A DNA stretch of 26,591 nt from positions 1 to 26,591 of IMG/VR virus record IMGVR_UViG_3300043416_000156, one strand, 5' to 3'. Origin of the DNA: a virus (Duplodnaviria > Caudoviricetes). The position numbers were made by a program, and so were the translations under genes. Position 1 is the stretch's first letter. Every line of letters begins with the position of its first letter. The notes beneath the pieces were generated by a model that searched no databases, was not told the origin of the DNA, and saw nothing but the letters and a program-made list of their open reading frames with translations. Below, piece by piece: positions 7,052 through 15,005 of this stretch.

Positions 7052-9363
7052 TGGACGGCCTCCACGCCGACCACCATTCCATCAGGGCCGCGAATGACCC
7101 GTTTGGGTGCGTTCAGCTTCTGCATAGCAGCGCCAATGTTCTGCATGGATTCACCGTGCATATTTGCCATTTGGTCATGCATCAGCGATATTTTGTCCAT
7201 TGCTTGGACGATTGTGCCGCCCAGTTCGTTGGTTATTTGTGCAGCCGCTGCTTCAATGACCGGTAAGTCGACACCAGGGTTGCTACCAATGCGAGCCACC
7301 ATGATCTTGGTCGCTGCATCCAGTTCGGCTTTCCATCGTTCATATTCTTCCTTACCAGCCATTTCACGGGCTTTGATTTGCAATTCGTTGTTTTGCTTGA
7401 CCGTCTCAAAATCGGCCTTCATCTGCGCCAATTGCATCTCGGCTTGCATCTTGGCTTCGTGCATCTGCATTTCAAGCTGTGCCTTGCCTTGTTCAATTTG
7501 CGCCTGCGCCTGCATCTTCATTTGCTCAGTTTGCGCTTGCGCTTGCATCCGCATCTGTTCGGCCTGTTGGTCAGCTTGCAATTGCAGCATCTCAGGCGGC
7601 GGGCCAGGCCGCTGCTGTTTAGCCATTTCCGCTTTCCGTTCCAAGGCTTTCATGGCGCGTTCGACTGCGCTTTCCAGCCCGCGACCAGCGCGGAACCGGC
7701 GCACCAAAAACAGCAACATCTCAGATGCCATTGGCAAGGTTTCCGGCGCTTGGCTAATCATGGGGATTGCCTCACGCAAAAACAATCCAATGGCTTGGAT
7801 GGCCTCTTGTGCGCCTTGTTTCTCTGCTTGTTCGTCAATCTGCGCCAAGCTGTCGGCCTCGACCGCAATGTGAAAGTCGCGGATTGTGCTGTTGGACAGC
7901 ATTTGAATGGCGGCTTGCAGCAATTGCGGGTCTTGACCATCCGATGTGTCCATCACGCCGGACATTGCCACAATCAGTTCGGGCGGGTAAAACTTGCAGA
8001 TAACTTGCGCTTTTAGCTTAAAGATGTCAGACGCAAACCGCGCCACATCGCCTTGGCTGCTACGCATCCGCAAGCTGCCAAAATTCGCCTTTAGCTGCTG
8101 TGCGCCAAGGGTTTCTTGGGCTTTGGACGCGCCGCGCAAAATGTCCGAGATGCCCATAATCTCGTAGATGGCTTGCTTGACGGCTTCCCGTGCGGCGTAC
8201 AGTTCCCGCAAGGTGACAATGATTTGCGAGGTGTCCATCATGTCGATAGCGCCTTTTAAGCCGCCCTTTTCCGACATTGCCGCCCATGAGGTCACGGGGA
8301 ACAGCTTGTTGTCCACGCCTTCGGTGAACAACCGGCCCAATTCCTTGAATTCGGCATTGAACACGCCAACCGCTTTGCAGGCTTTGGTCAGCAAGTAGAT
8401 GCGCTGGGTAAGGTTGTCCAGTTCCTGCGCTTGATCTTCGTACTCAGCGTAATCCGGCACGGGGATCATTGTCCCTGTGGTTGTGGTCGCCATCAGCGGG
8501 CGCGGGCATGGAAAGAATTCTTCTAGTTCCAGCGGGTCATCGCGCTCATCTAGCGCCTGTGGATAACCTTTGGCAATCCAGCAAACTTTGCCGGTGCGCT
8601 TGTTCCAAATCTCAAACACCTTGGCTTTTTTGTCGTAGGTGTTGCGGGCGGTCATTGGATTTTTGGCATCCATGTCGCTATTGCTGCTGTCTAAGCCCAC
8701 GTTTTTGAAGACATCGCCAAAACGCTCAATGCCTTCGTCTTTGGTCATGTAGACGGCGCGGGAAACCCACCACACTTCGTCCCATGTGCGGGCAGGGCTA
8801 TGCAGAAAATCTGTCCAATAGACGTAATCAATGGGGCTGTGCGCCGCATCAATGCGCTCGGTTGGCTCTTCTTGGGTGTTGTAAACCTGTGCTTCGCCTG
8901 GCTCTTCCATCATGCCAGCTTCACCCATTTCGGGTTGCTCGTTGACAATCACCGGCTCATATCGAATCCACACCGTGCCACGCCCAGGCAGCAACCGGTC
9001 TTGCACCGCGCCACGCATGGCATGGTCAAAGTCGCCAAATTGGAGGGTTTCGTACTCCATCACCCGTTCCAGCATCGTGGATGCCAGCCGACCTACAGGG
9101 TCTTGATCCATGTACCGGCGGGAGACTTCGGGTTTGGCTTGCTTGCCGTACAGCGCAGGAAACAGCACTTGGATGTTTGACCACAGGATGTTGTAGCGAA
9201 CCCTGGGCATCTCTACCGCATCGCGCTCATCTCGAAAACGCTTGACAATCTTATGCCCGCGCTTTTCCCACTTTTCAAAGACCTTTTGAGCGGCCTCTAT
9301 TTGGTCGTGCCAATACGGGCCAAGGTCATCGCCCTCGTATGCACCCATTTCTTGATAAGCCAT
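7048..9363 (-). CDS. Portal protein with a long Gln/Met-rich C-terminal coiled coil
   Basis: 771 aa, downstream of TerL; YNILWSNIQVL, GISDILRG..ETLGAQQLK portal-like segments; C-terminal helical barrel as in P22-like portals. Confidence 0.85.
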   Translation of the reverse strand: MAYQEMGAYEGDDLGPYWHDQIEAAQKVFEKWEKRGHKIVKRFRDERDAVEMPRVRYNILWSNIQVLFPALYGKQAKPEVSRRYMDQDPVGRLASTMLERVMEYETLQFGDFDHAMRGAVQDRLLPGRGTVWIRYEPVIVNEQPEMGEAGMMEEPGEAQVYNTQEEPTERIDAAHSPIDYVYWTDFLHSPARTWDEVWWVSRAVYMTKDEGIERFGDVFKNVGLDSSNSDMDAKNPMTARNTYDKKAKVFEIWNKRTGKVCWIAKGYPQALDERDDPLELEEFFPCPRPLMATTTTGTMIPVPDYAEYEDQAQELDNLTQRIYLLTKACKAVGVFNAEFKELGRLFTEGVDNKLFPVTSWAAMSEKGGLKGAIDMMDTSQIIVTLRELYAAREAVKQAIYEIMGISDILRGASKAQETLGAQQLKANFGSLRMRSSQGDVARFASDIFKLKAQVICKFYPPELIVAMSGVMDTSDGQDPQLLQAAIQMLSNSTIRDFHIAVEADSLAQIDEQAEKQGAQEAIQAIGLFLREAIPMISQAPETLPMASEMLLFLVRRFRAGRGLESAVERAMKALERKAEMAKQQRPGPPPEMLQLQADQQAEQMRMQAQAQTEQMKMQAQAQIEQGKAQLEMQMHEAKMQAEMQLAQMKADFETVKQNNELQIKAREMAGKEEYERWKAELDAATKIMVARIGSNPGVDLPVIEAAAAQITNELGGTIVQAMDKISLMHDQMANMHGESMQNIGAAMQKLNAPKRVIRGPDGMVVGVEAVQ

Positions 9364-9641
9364 CAGCTACCCGCAGCAAAGAAGAATGTTACGTCCAATG
9401 CGCTGCCACCAATCGTAGCGTAAAGGCTTACGCCCACATTGGCGGGAAATCGGTGAAACCCAATGGCGGGTGTAATCGTGCCCGACATCACTTCGCCGCC
9501 GGAGCCGCCATTGCGTAACACCAAAGTGCCGCTGGTTGTGTTGTTGACGTAAAAGCCAATCAATTGGCAAGGGCCAGGCGTTACTGCGCCGGTTGCTGTG
9601 ATGTTCTTGTATCCACCTACTTCGGCTACGGGTTGGCTCAT
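9363..9641 (-). CDS. Small beta-rich hypothetical protein, possibly structural
   Basis: 92 aa, Gly/Thr-rich, coupled between TerL and portal. Confidence 0.7.
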   Translation of the reverse strand: MSQPVAEVGGYKNITATGAVTPGPCQLIGFYVNNTTSGTLVLRNGGSGGEVMSGTITPAIGFHRFPANVGVSLYATIGGSALDVTFFFAAGS

Positions 9642-10960
9642 ATTCGTTCTCCACGATGGTGTTGAGTGTCATATTCCCACAACTCATCAAGCGTGATGGT
9701 TTGCAGGGTCTTGCCCTTGGGCGGCGTTTGATCTCTTGCCTCTTGCCTGTAGGCGACTGCAAGCATTCTAAAGGCATCAGCGGGGTGTGAACACCAGTCA
9801 TGGCGGGGATTTTGTCGAAATGCCTTCTTGTCCTCGTCGTATTCCCGCTGATATTGGCGCAATGCTTCCAGCCCATCCTCACAGCTTGGGTCGAAATAGC
9901 ACTTTGGCAGCACCATCCTGACCGCTTGGATGCCGTCTTGGATGCCAATCTCAGGCACGATTGCCAGCTTGCTCATGCCGCCAAGGTGAGCCGCAAGCTG
10001 TTCCACAATGGATTTGCCGCCCGATGCCAGCGTCTTTGCCCGTGCGTCATGCGGTAGGTAGTGCTTTGTGTACCGGTAGCCCTTGTTGATCACCACTTGG
10101 GCTATGTCCTCAATGCCTGCGCCGCTGACGGCGTAGTAGTCCATGACCCTGATTTCGCCTCGGATTACTTGGTAAAACCAAATGGCAGTATCGTCCCGAT
10201 AGCCTAAGTCCCATGCGGTATAGACCGGCGCATCAGGGTCAAACGGCAATTCTTGGATGCGTCCTTCGTCCTGCGCCAAGCGCATTTCTTGCCCGTAATA
10301 AGCGCCCATGATTGCCGCATCAAAGCTGCATTCATATTCTTGGTCATACTGGTCTTGGCTTAACTGTGCCCGTGCCGCCTCTAGTTCTGAGTCCGGCAGG
10401 ATTTTGCTTACAGTCGCCGGTAACCGCAGCAGAAACCAATCCGGCGTGTTTTGGCTGACCTTGTAGATGTCGTGGAACTGGTTTTTACCTTTGGGTGTGC
10501 CGCCAAACACTGCCCAGCCCAACCGGTCGGACAGCGTAGGCCGGATTACATTGCCCCAAACGCTAGGCCGAAAGTCGCCGTATTCGTCAAGATAAACCCC
10601 ATTGAAACCCATTCCGCGCATGGCATCAGCGTTGTCACCGCCAAACAACATGATTTTTGCGCCGTTTACCAATTCCACCATCAGGTCAGATTCATTGCTT
10701 GAACTGGTGATGGGCGCGGCGTAATATTTGAGGTAGTCCCATGCCACCCGCTTGGCCTGGCTGCGAAACGGGGCAATGTACGCATATTGTGCGCCTCGAT
10801 GTCCCTCTGTGATTGCCCGCTTAATCACATCGTTGATTGCCGCCACGGTCTTACCGGCTCTTCGGTGTGCAACCAAACATGACCAGCGGGTCGTGCGGTT
10901 GTGGAACGGCATAAATGCGTCCCGAGGGCTGTAGGGCAGGATTATTTCCCGTTTGCCCAT
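9638..10960 (-). CDS. terL: Terminase large subunit
   Basis: Walker A HRRAGKT, Walker B GVYLDEY, coupling motif GTPKG, nuclease motifs AWDLG..D and SHPADAFR. Confidence 0.95.
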   Translation of the reverse strand: MGKREIILPYSPRDAFMPFHNRTTRWSCLVAHRRAGKTVAAINDVIKRAITEGHRGAQYAYIAPFRSQAKRVAWDYLKYYAAPITSSSNESDLMVELVNGAKIMLFGGDNADAMRGMGFNGVYLDEYGDFRPSVWGNVIRPTLSDRLGWAVFGGTPKGKNQFHDIYKVSQNTPDWFLLRLPATVSKILPDSELEAARAQLSQDQYDQEYECSFDAAIMGAYYGQEMRLAQDEGRIQELPFDPDAPVYTAWDLGYRDDTAIWFYQVIRGEIRVMDYYAVSGAGIEDIAQVVINKGYRYTKHYLPHDARAKTLASGGKSIVEQLAAHLGGMSKLAIVPEIGIQDGIQAVRMVLPKCYFDPSCEDGLEALRQYQREYDEDKKAFRQNPRHDWCSHPADAFRMLAVAYRQEARDQTPPKGKTLQTITLDELWEYDTQHHRGERI

Positions 10961-11259
10961 GTCACTACCATTTCCACCGGCCCTTGGTCAGCGCCTGTGA
11001 CTTCAGTCCTTGCCAGTTTGGGCACATGGTACTCAACTACCGATTGGAACAGTTCAAACGCTTTTGCCGGATTGGGCTTGATGTCATGGCTTGGATCGCC
11101 ATTAGCGACCGTATCAAGCCATTCGGTCAATCTGTGGGCATTGTCATTGACGAACAGCGCAATCGCCTCACGCGCCTCTTGCGTTAGCTTGTTGGGCGTT
11201 CCTGCCGTGCGACCACCATACTTTGGTCTAGTTTTATTTACTTTAGATTCAGCAATCAT
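10942..11259 (-). CDS. terS: Putative terminase small subunit
   Basis: Directly upstream of TerL; GGRTAGTPNKLT motif and TEVTGADQGPV C-terminal strand typical of TerS. Confidence 0.7.
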   Translation of the reverse strand: MIAESKVNKTRPKYGGRTAGTPNKLTQEAREAIALFVNDNAHRLTEWLDTVANGDPSHDIKPNPAKAFELFQSVVEYHVPKLARTEVTGADQGPVEMVVTWANGK

Positions 11260-11294
11260 ATAAAACCTGTTTCTTAAAACTTTGGTTTATAACG

Positions 11295-11672
11295 CTATTT
11301 CGATGGGTAAGGCAAGCGAATGTCGCCTTGTGTGGCAAATGGGTCTTTGCCTTGTTCCATGCGGCTTTGTGCCCACAATTGGGCTTTTCTTGCAATCTCC
11401 GGTGTCACTTCACCGGTCATTCGCAAAAGGTCAATCTCTTGTTTGTTTAAGGTTGGCACAATGAACGGGTGTTCAACATCTTTGCCGTCAAAGGTGGAAA
11501 CGCCTGAGTATTCGCCCATTGGGTAGCCTTCGGCTGTTTGCATTTCCCCAAAGTAGCCTTTACCTTTTAAAGTCAACGGCTCACCGGCTTTGCCCATGCC
11601 ATATCGCAGGCCGTAGCCATAGCCAGGCGGTTTGTCTGCCAGTGCTTGCGCCATAAGGTCGTAATCAGCCAT
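11295..11672 (-). CDS. Hypothetical protein (KGxGYFG...PFIVPTL...GKDPF)
   Basis: 125 aa ORF in operon orientation, overlapping the end of the GT gene. Confidence 0.7.
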   Translation of the reverse strand: MADYDLMAQALADKPPGYGYGLRYGMGKAGEPLTLKGKGYFGEMQTAEGYPMGEYSGVSTFDGKDVEHPFIVPTLNKQEIDLLRMTGEVTPEIARKAQLWAQSRMEQGKDPFATQGDIRLPYPSK

Positions 11673-12342
11673 ATGCGTCTTTCATCTTAATTAAGCCATC
11701 TAACATACGGCTTTTGGTATTAAACCAAGGCTTGCTGTAATCGCAATCAGCGTAATGGTCAAATTCCGGTATGCCCAAGGTAAAGTGCGCTATTTTTGTC
11801 CGCAAATGGTCGTGTTCGCCCACCAACACGTTCCATTCCCTTGGCAATTCGCCAATTAATGAGTCGGGCAACCATTGGAGTCGGTGCAATTCTTCGCCGC
11901 TGGATTCTTCAATAAATTCGGGTGTCAGCACCTTATTTCGGTTGTGTTCACAGTTCCACAGCATCAGGCTTGACCAGTTTTTCCTTGGATAGTCGCCATT
12001 GCGGGCTTCCATCGGTGTGCCAATATACTTCCTCGGGTGTTTGGTCTGATAGTCGTGCTTGACCACCTGGACGGCATAGCGTGGGTCAAACAGGCTTTCT
12101 AGGTCTTCAATGTCTGCCAGCATGAGCATATCGCTGCCATCCAAGAATATGGCTTTACCTTGGTATCCGCACAAAAATGGGACTAGAAACCGCTGGTAAG
12201 TGAATGCGTTTGTACCGTCACGTTGCTTGCCCGACAAGGGCGTGATGCTGACCAGCCCTTTGGTGCGCTCTATGACTGATTGACAGAATACATGGTAGCC
12301 CACGGCTTCCCGAGGGTCGTATCCTGCAAATATGCGGATCAT
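11665..12342 (-). CDS. GT-A fold glycosyltransferase (GT8-like / CDI-like)
   Basis: IFAGYDPRE, FTYQRFLVP, AIFLDGSDML (DxD-like), YPRKNWSSLMLWN, WNVLVG, HFTLGIP. Confidence 0.85.
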   Translation of the reverse strand: MIRIFAGYDPREAVGYHVFCQSVIERTKGLVSITPLSGKQRDGTNAFTYQRFLVPFLCGYQGKAIFLDGSDMLMLADIEDLESLFDPRYAVQVVKHDYQTKHPRKYIGTPMEARNGDYPRKNWSSLMLWNCEHNRNKVLTPEFIEESSGEELHRLQWLPDSLIGELPREWNVLVGEHDHLRTKIAHFTLGIPEFDHYADCDYSKPWFNTKSRMLDGLIKMKDAYG

Positions 12343-12695
12343 TTTAAGGTTAGACGGTAAATCGTAGCGTCAACCAAAGCGGCAATTTCGTCCACGATGT
12401 TTTGCAGTTGGGATTCTTCCGGCAAAGCCACCCGATTCTTTTCAATGTAAGTTTTAAGGCTTGCCATGTACTTTTGCGGGTCTTTGGCGTTGTGAAAGTT
12501 TTCGGGGTAATCCTTAATTTTTTCGTAGCATCCAGCGTAAGCCTCGGCAAAATCATCGGTCAATTCAATGATTTCGGGGTAATACTTTCCCAATGCTTTG
12601 TGCGTTGCATAGGAATCGGTCGCCAAATGCATGAAATGCGTGACCGTGCCGCTGTGCAGCATGGTCGAAATAAAGTCCGCGACATTGTTTTTCAT
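12339..12695 (-). CDS. Dps/ferritin-like four-helix protein (DUF5856-like)
   Basis: H..MHLATDSYAT-H-x14-D-x3-E spacing (HKALGKYYPEIIELTDDFAE) matches the Dps ferroxidase ligands; all-helical, 118 aa. Confidence 0.7.
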   Translation of the reverse strand: MKNNVADFISTMLHSGTVTHFMHLATDSYATHKALGKYYPEIIELTDDFAEAYAGCYEKIKDYPENFHNAKDPQKYMASLKTYIEKNRVALPEESQLQNIVDEIAALVDATIYRLTLK

Positions 12696-13030
12696 TGCGC
12701 CACCTCTAAAACCCCATTGTAAGGCAATGGTACGTCTTTAGGCCACCGGCCCGCGCTGGTCAATGCATCCACCGTTTTTTGGTGCGCCTGTTTCCATAGA
12801 TGCTGGCGCTCATTTTTGTCCAAATTTGCGCCTTGGTCAATTTCAAAATGGCAATGTAAGCACAGCGCAGCCACCAAATTATCGTCTGCTTTGATGCCCC
12901 GACCCTTGCCGCCGCCCCAATTTGTGTGTGCGGCCTGCACCATTTGACCCGATCCGCAGCATTGGCAATCAAGGCTTGCCACTAATTTCAGCAGTTTTTT
13001 GCTTCTGACGTACTCGTGTTTTTTCAGCAA
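12692..13030 (-). CDS. nin-region zinc-binding putative nuclease (DUF968/DUF1364-like)
   Basis: RSKKLL..V..L.CQCCG..QAAH..GKGRGIKADD..AALC..CH; TTG start with a GGAG SD 7 nt upstream. Confidence 0.75.
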   Translation of the reverse strand: MLKKHEYVRSKKLLKLVASLDCQCCGSGQMVQAAHTNWGGGKGRGIKADDNLVAALCLHCHFEIDQGANLDKNERQHLWKQAHQKTVDALTSAGRWPKDVPLPYNGVLEVAQ

Positions 13031-13157
13031 TTACAGTCTCCAAGGTTGTGAATCGGTGCATATTGGCGCACTCTATCCTGCGGCGACGGGCGTTGCCAGC
13101 TTCCAATCGCGTCTCCTTCACGATTGTCCACGTCCCACACACGGGGCATTTAATCAT
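12969..13157 (-). CDS. Zinc-ribbon protein similar to the NrdR N-terminal domain (Ogr/Delta-like), possible regulator
   Basis: CPVCG..V.ETR....RRRR.EC...HRFTT.E; start placed at ATG 13157. Confidence 0.75.
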   Translation of the reverse strand: MIKCPVCGTWTIVKETRLEAGNARRRRIECANMHRFTTLETVIAEKTRVRQKQKTAEISGKP

Positions 13158-13431
13158 CGACAAAAGCGCGGAATTTCACGCCCTGCTGTGTGCCAAAGGC
13201 TGTGGATAACTCTATCAGTTCAGTCATTTCCGGCACGGTCATCTTGCTGGTACGCGCACCAATCACGACAAAGCCGCCTTCAATGCCAGGCACAACTTTC
13301 TGTTTTTTAAGCGCGGCGGTCAAAACATCTTTCCATTCGTCCTTTGTCAGCTTAACACCGTACCACGTTACTTGTTGGGCAATGTCTTCAAGGTTTGCCC
13401 ACATCATGCGGTTTTGGTTAAGGCTTCGCAT
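13150..13431 (-). CDS. ninB: NinB-like recombination protein
   Basis: RSLNQN..MWA.L.DIA.QV.W.G..L...EWK......VVPGIEGGFV..G.RTSKMT..EM.ELIE...AFG...GV.F. Confidence 0.85.
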   Translation of the reverse strand: MRSLNQNRMMWANLEDIAQQVTWYGVKLTKDEWKDVLTAALKKQKVVPGIEGGFVVIGARTSKMTVPEMTELIELSTAFGTQQGVKFRAFVDD

Positions 13432-13693
13432 CTACGCACCTAATCATGTCTAAAGCCGCCTGTGGGCTATCAACCCTGCATAACGTACCACCGGCCCAAT
13501 TTTGGAAAAAATCGGCTTGTAAACCCGTTAATCGCTTTTTAGAAGTGGTCTTGATCTCCATCAAGAAAGTATGCCCTTTGTATCCAACCAAAAGGTCAAC
13601 CGGCAAGCCAATGATCCACACATAACAGCCAGCAGCCCGCAGCGCGGCAACAATGGCCTGCTGGTTTGCGTCAACCCTTGCGGCGTGTCTCAT
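13418..13693 (-). CDS. VRR-NUC-like PD-(D/E)xK nuclease / putative resolvase
   Basis: RVDANQ..IV.ALR..G, VDLLVG....LMEIK, LT..Q..F..W. Confidence 0.75.
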   Translation of the reverse strand: MRHAARVDANQQAIVAALRAAGCYVWIIGLPVDLLVGYKGHTFLMEIKTTSKKRLTGLQADFFQNWAGGTLCRVDSPQAALDMIRCVDAKP

Positions 13694-14646
13694 GCCAACT
13701 CCAATGATTGCTGCGCTACTCGTTTTTTTTGCAATGATTTGTAATCGGGATTTAATTCGCAGCCAAGGTACTGCCTTCCAAGGTGTTGCGCCACTTGTGC
13801 AGTTGTTCCACTGCCCATAAACGGGTCAAGAACAATGCCGCCTGTTGGTGCGCCAGCCATGATGCACGGCTCAATCAATTCCTGCGGGAATACGGCAAAG
13901 TGTGCGCCAGCGTAGGGCTTGGTGGTCACTGTCCAGACGCTGCGCTTGTTGCGATTGCCGTCAAACTCTTTCATGCCTTTGGTGTGGGTTGCGCCCGTGG
14001 CAGAATAACCGCCACTTTCATGCTTCTCACCAGCAAAAAAAGGCGCTTTGTACCTGTTGGCGCTACCTTCTGGGTCTGAGCTGGCTTCTTTTATCGCCTC
14101 AACATCGTAGTAATACTTCTGCGACTTTGACATCAGGAAGATGTACTCATGCGCTTTCGTGCATCGGTCTTGCACACTCTCAGGCATAGGGTTGGGCTTG
14201 TGCCAAATGATGTCTTGGCGTAAATACCAGCCATCGGCGCGTAAGGCAAAGGCCAGCATCCACGGAATGCCGATAAGGTCTTTTTCTTTTAGGCCATCAA
14301 GTTTTAACCCTCGCTTGTGGCAAATCTCCACCTCTGAAAACTTCTGACTTGCAATTGATTGCTTGCCTTGGCGTTGACCTTGGCCAGGCCGGTAGTTGTA
14401 GTAGCTATCCCCAATGTTCAGCCACAGCGTTCCATCGTCTTCCAGCACATCCCATACACAGCGAAACACCTCGACCATTGCCTTAATGTATTCCTCCGGC
14501 GTTTCTTCAAGGCCAATTTGTCCTTCGTGTCCATAGTCGCGCAAGCCGTAATAAGGCGGGCTGGTGACACAAGTCTGCGCCTTAATGCCTTGCTCTTTCC
14601 ATTTCCGCATGGTTTCACGGCAATCGCCAAATTCAATGATGTTCAT
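13690..14646 (-). CDS. Orphan beta-class amino (N4-C/N6-A) DNA methyltransferase
   Basis: TSPPYY catalytic motif ahead of the LDPFMGSGTT SAM-binding motif; IIWHKPNPMPES, HFAVFP. Confidence 0.92.
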   Translation of the reverse strand: MNIIEFGDCRETMRKWKEQGIKAQTCVTSPPYYGLRDYGHEGQIGLEETPEEYIKAMVEVFRCVWDVLEDDGTLWLNIGDSYYNYRPGQGQRQGKQSIASQKFSEVEICHKRGLKLDGLKEKDLIGIPWMLAFALRADGWYLRQDIIWHKPNPMPESVQDRCTKAHEYIFLMSKSQKYYYDVEAIKEASSDPEGSANRYKAPFFAGEKHESGGYSATGATHTKGMKEFDGNRNKRSVWTVTTKPYAGAHFAVFPQELIEPCIMAGAPTGGIVLDPFMGSGTTAQVAQHLGRQYLGCELNPDYKSLQKKRVAQQSLELA

Positions 14647-15005
14647 TTTTTCACCTTTGCAATCAGTTCAGCAATCCTGGCCTTGTTCTTTGCCCGCTGT
14701 TCGGCGGTCAGTTCGTTGCCCAACCGCAAAACTGGCGGCTCAACATAGCTACGGCGCAGCAAATTAATCCATTGCGGCAGCGTGGGCGGGTCTTCCGGCA
14801 AGTTCTCTAACGCCCGCTTAATCGTTGCTGCGCTAAAACCCGCCATTTTTTCCGACCAATGATTCATGGCGTTCATCACACCGGCATCTGACCCGTCCGG
14901 CAATGTCTGTCCGGTCTTCCACATATTCATAAACCGAGTCCCGTAATGGCCTTGCAAGGCCGCAAAGAGCCGCTGAATCCAGCCATCAGGTAATTTTGAG
15001 GACAT
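14643..15005 (-). CDS. Putative helicase loader / replication P-like protein
   Basis: Follows the initiator; LF..L...YG.RF...W and PPTLPQW motifs; start at MSSKLP (ATG 15005) with an upstream AAGGA. Confidence 0.6.
   Translation of the reverse strand: MSSKLPDGWIQRLFAALQGHYGTRFMNMWKTGQTLPDGSDAGVMNAMNHWSEKMAGFSAATIKRALENLPEDPPTLPQWINLLRRSYVEPPVLRLGNELTAEQRAKNKARIAELIAKVKK

Noticed and set aside
7051-9180. Long plus-strand ORFs antisense to the portal (e.g. 7094..7873, 7378..8016)
   Set aside because: Shadow frames of Gln/Met/Ala-rich coding sequence; Cys/Ile/Leu/His-repetitive translations with no recognisable motifs
9367-9948. 193-aa minus ORF overlapping the TerL end and 9363..9641
   Set aside because: Lies almost entirely within two better-supported coupled genes and has no protein-like motifs
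13418-14646. MTase plus adjacent nuclease as a type II restriction-modification system
   Set aside because: The 91-aa nuclease is VRR-NUC/resolvase-like in a normal nin context and is small for an REase
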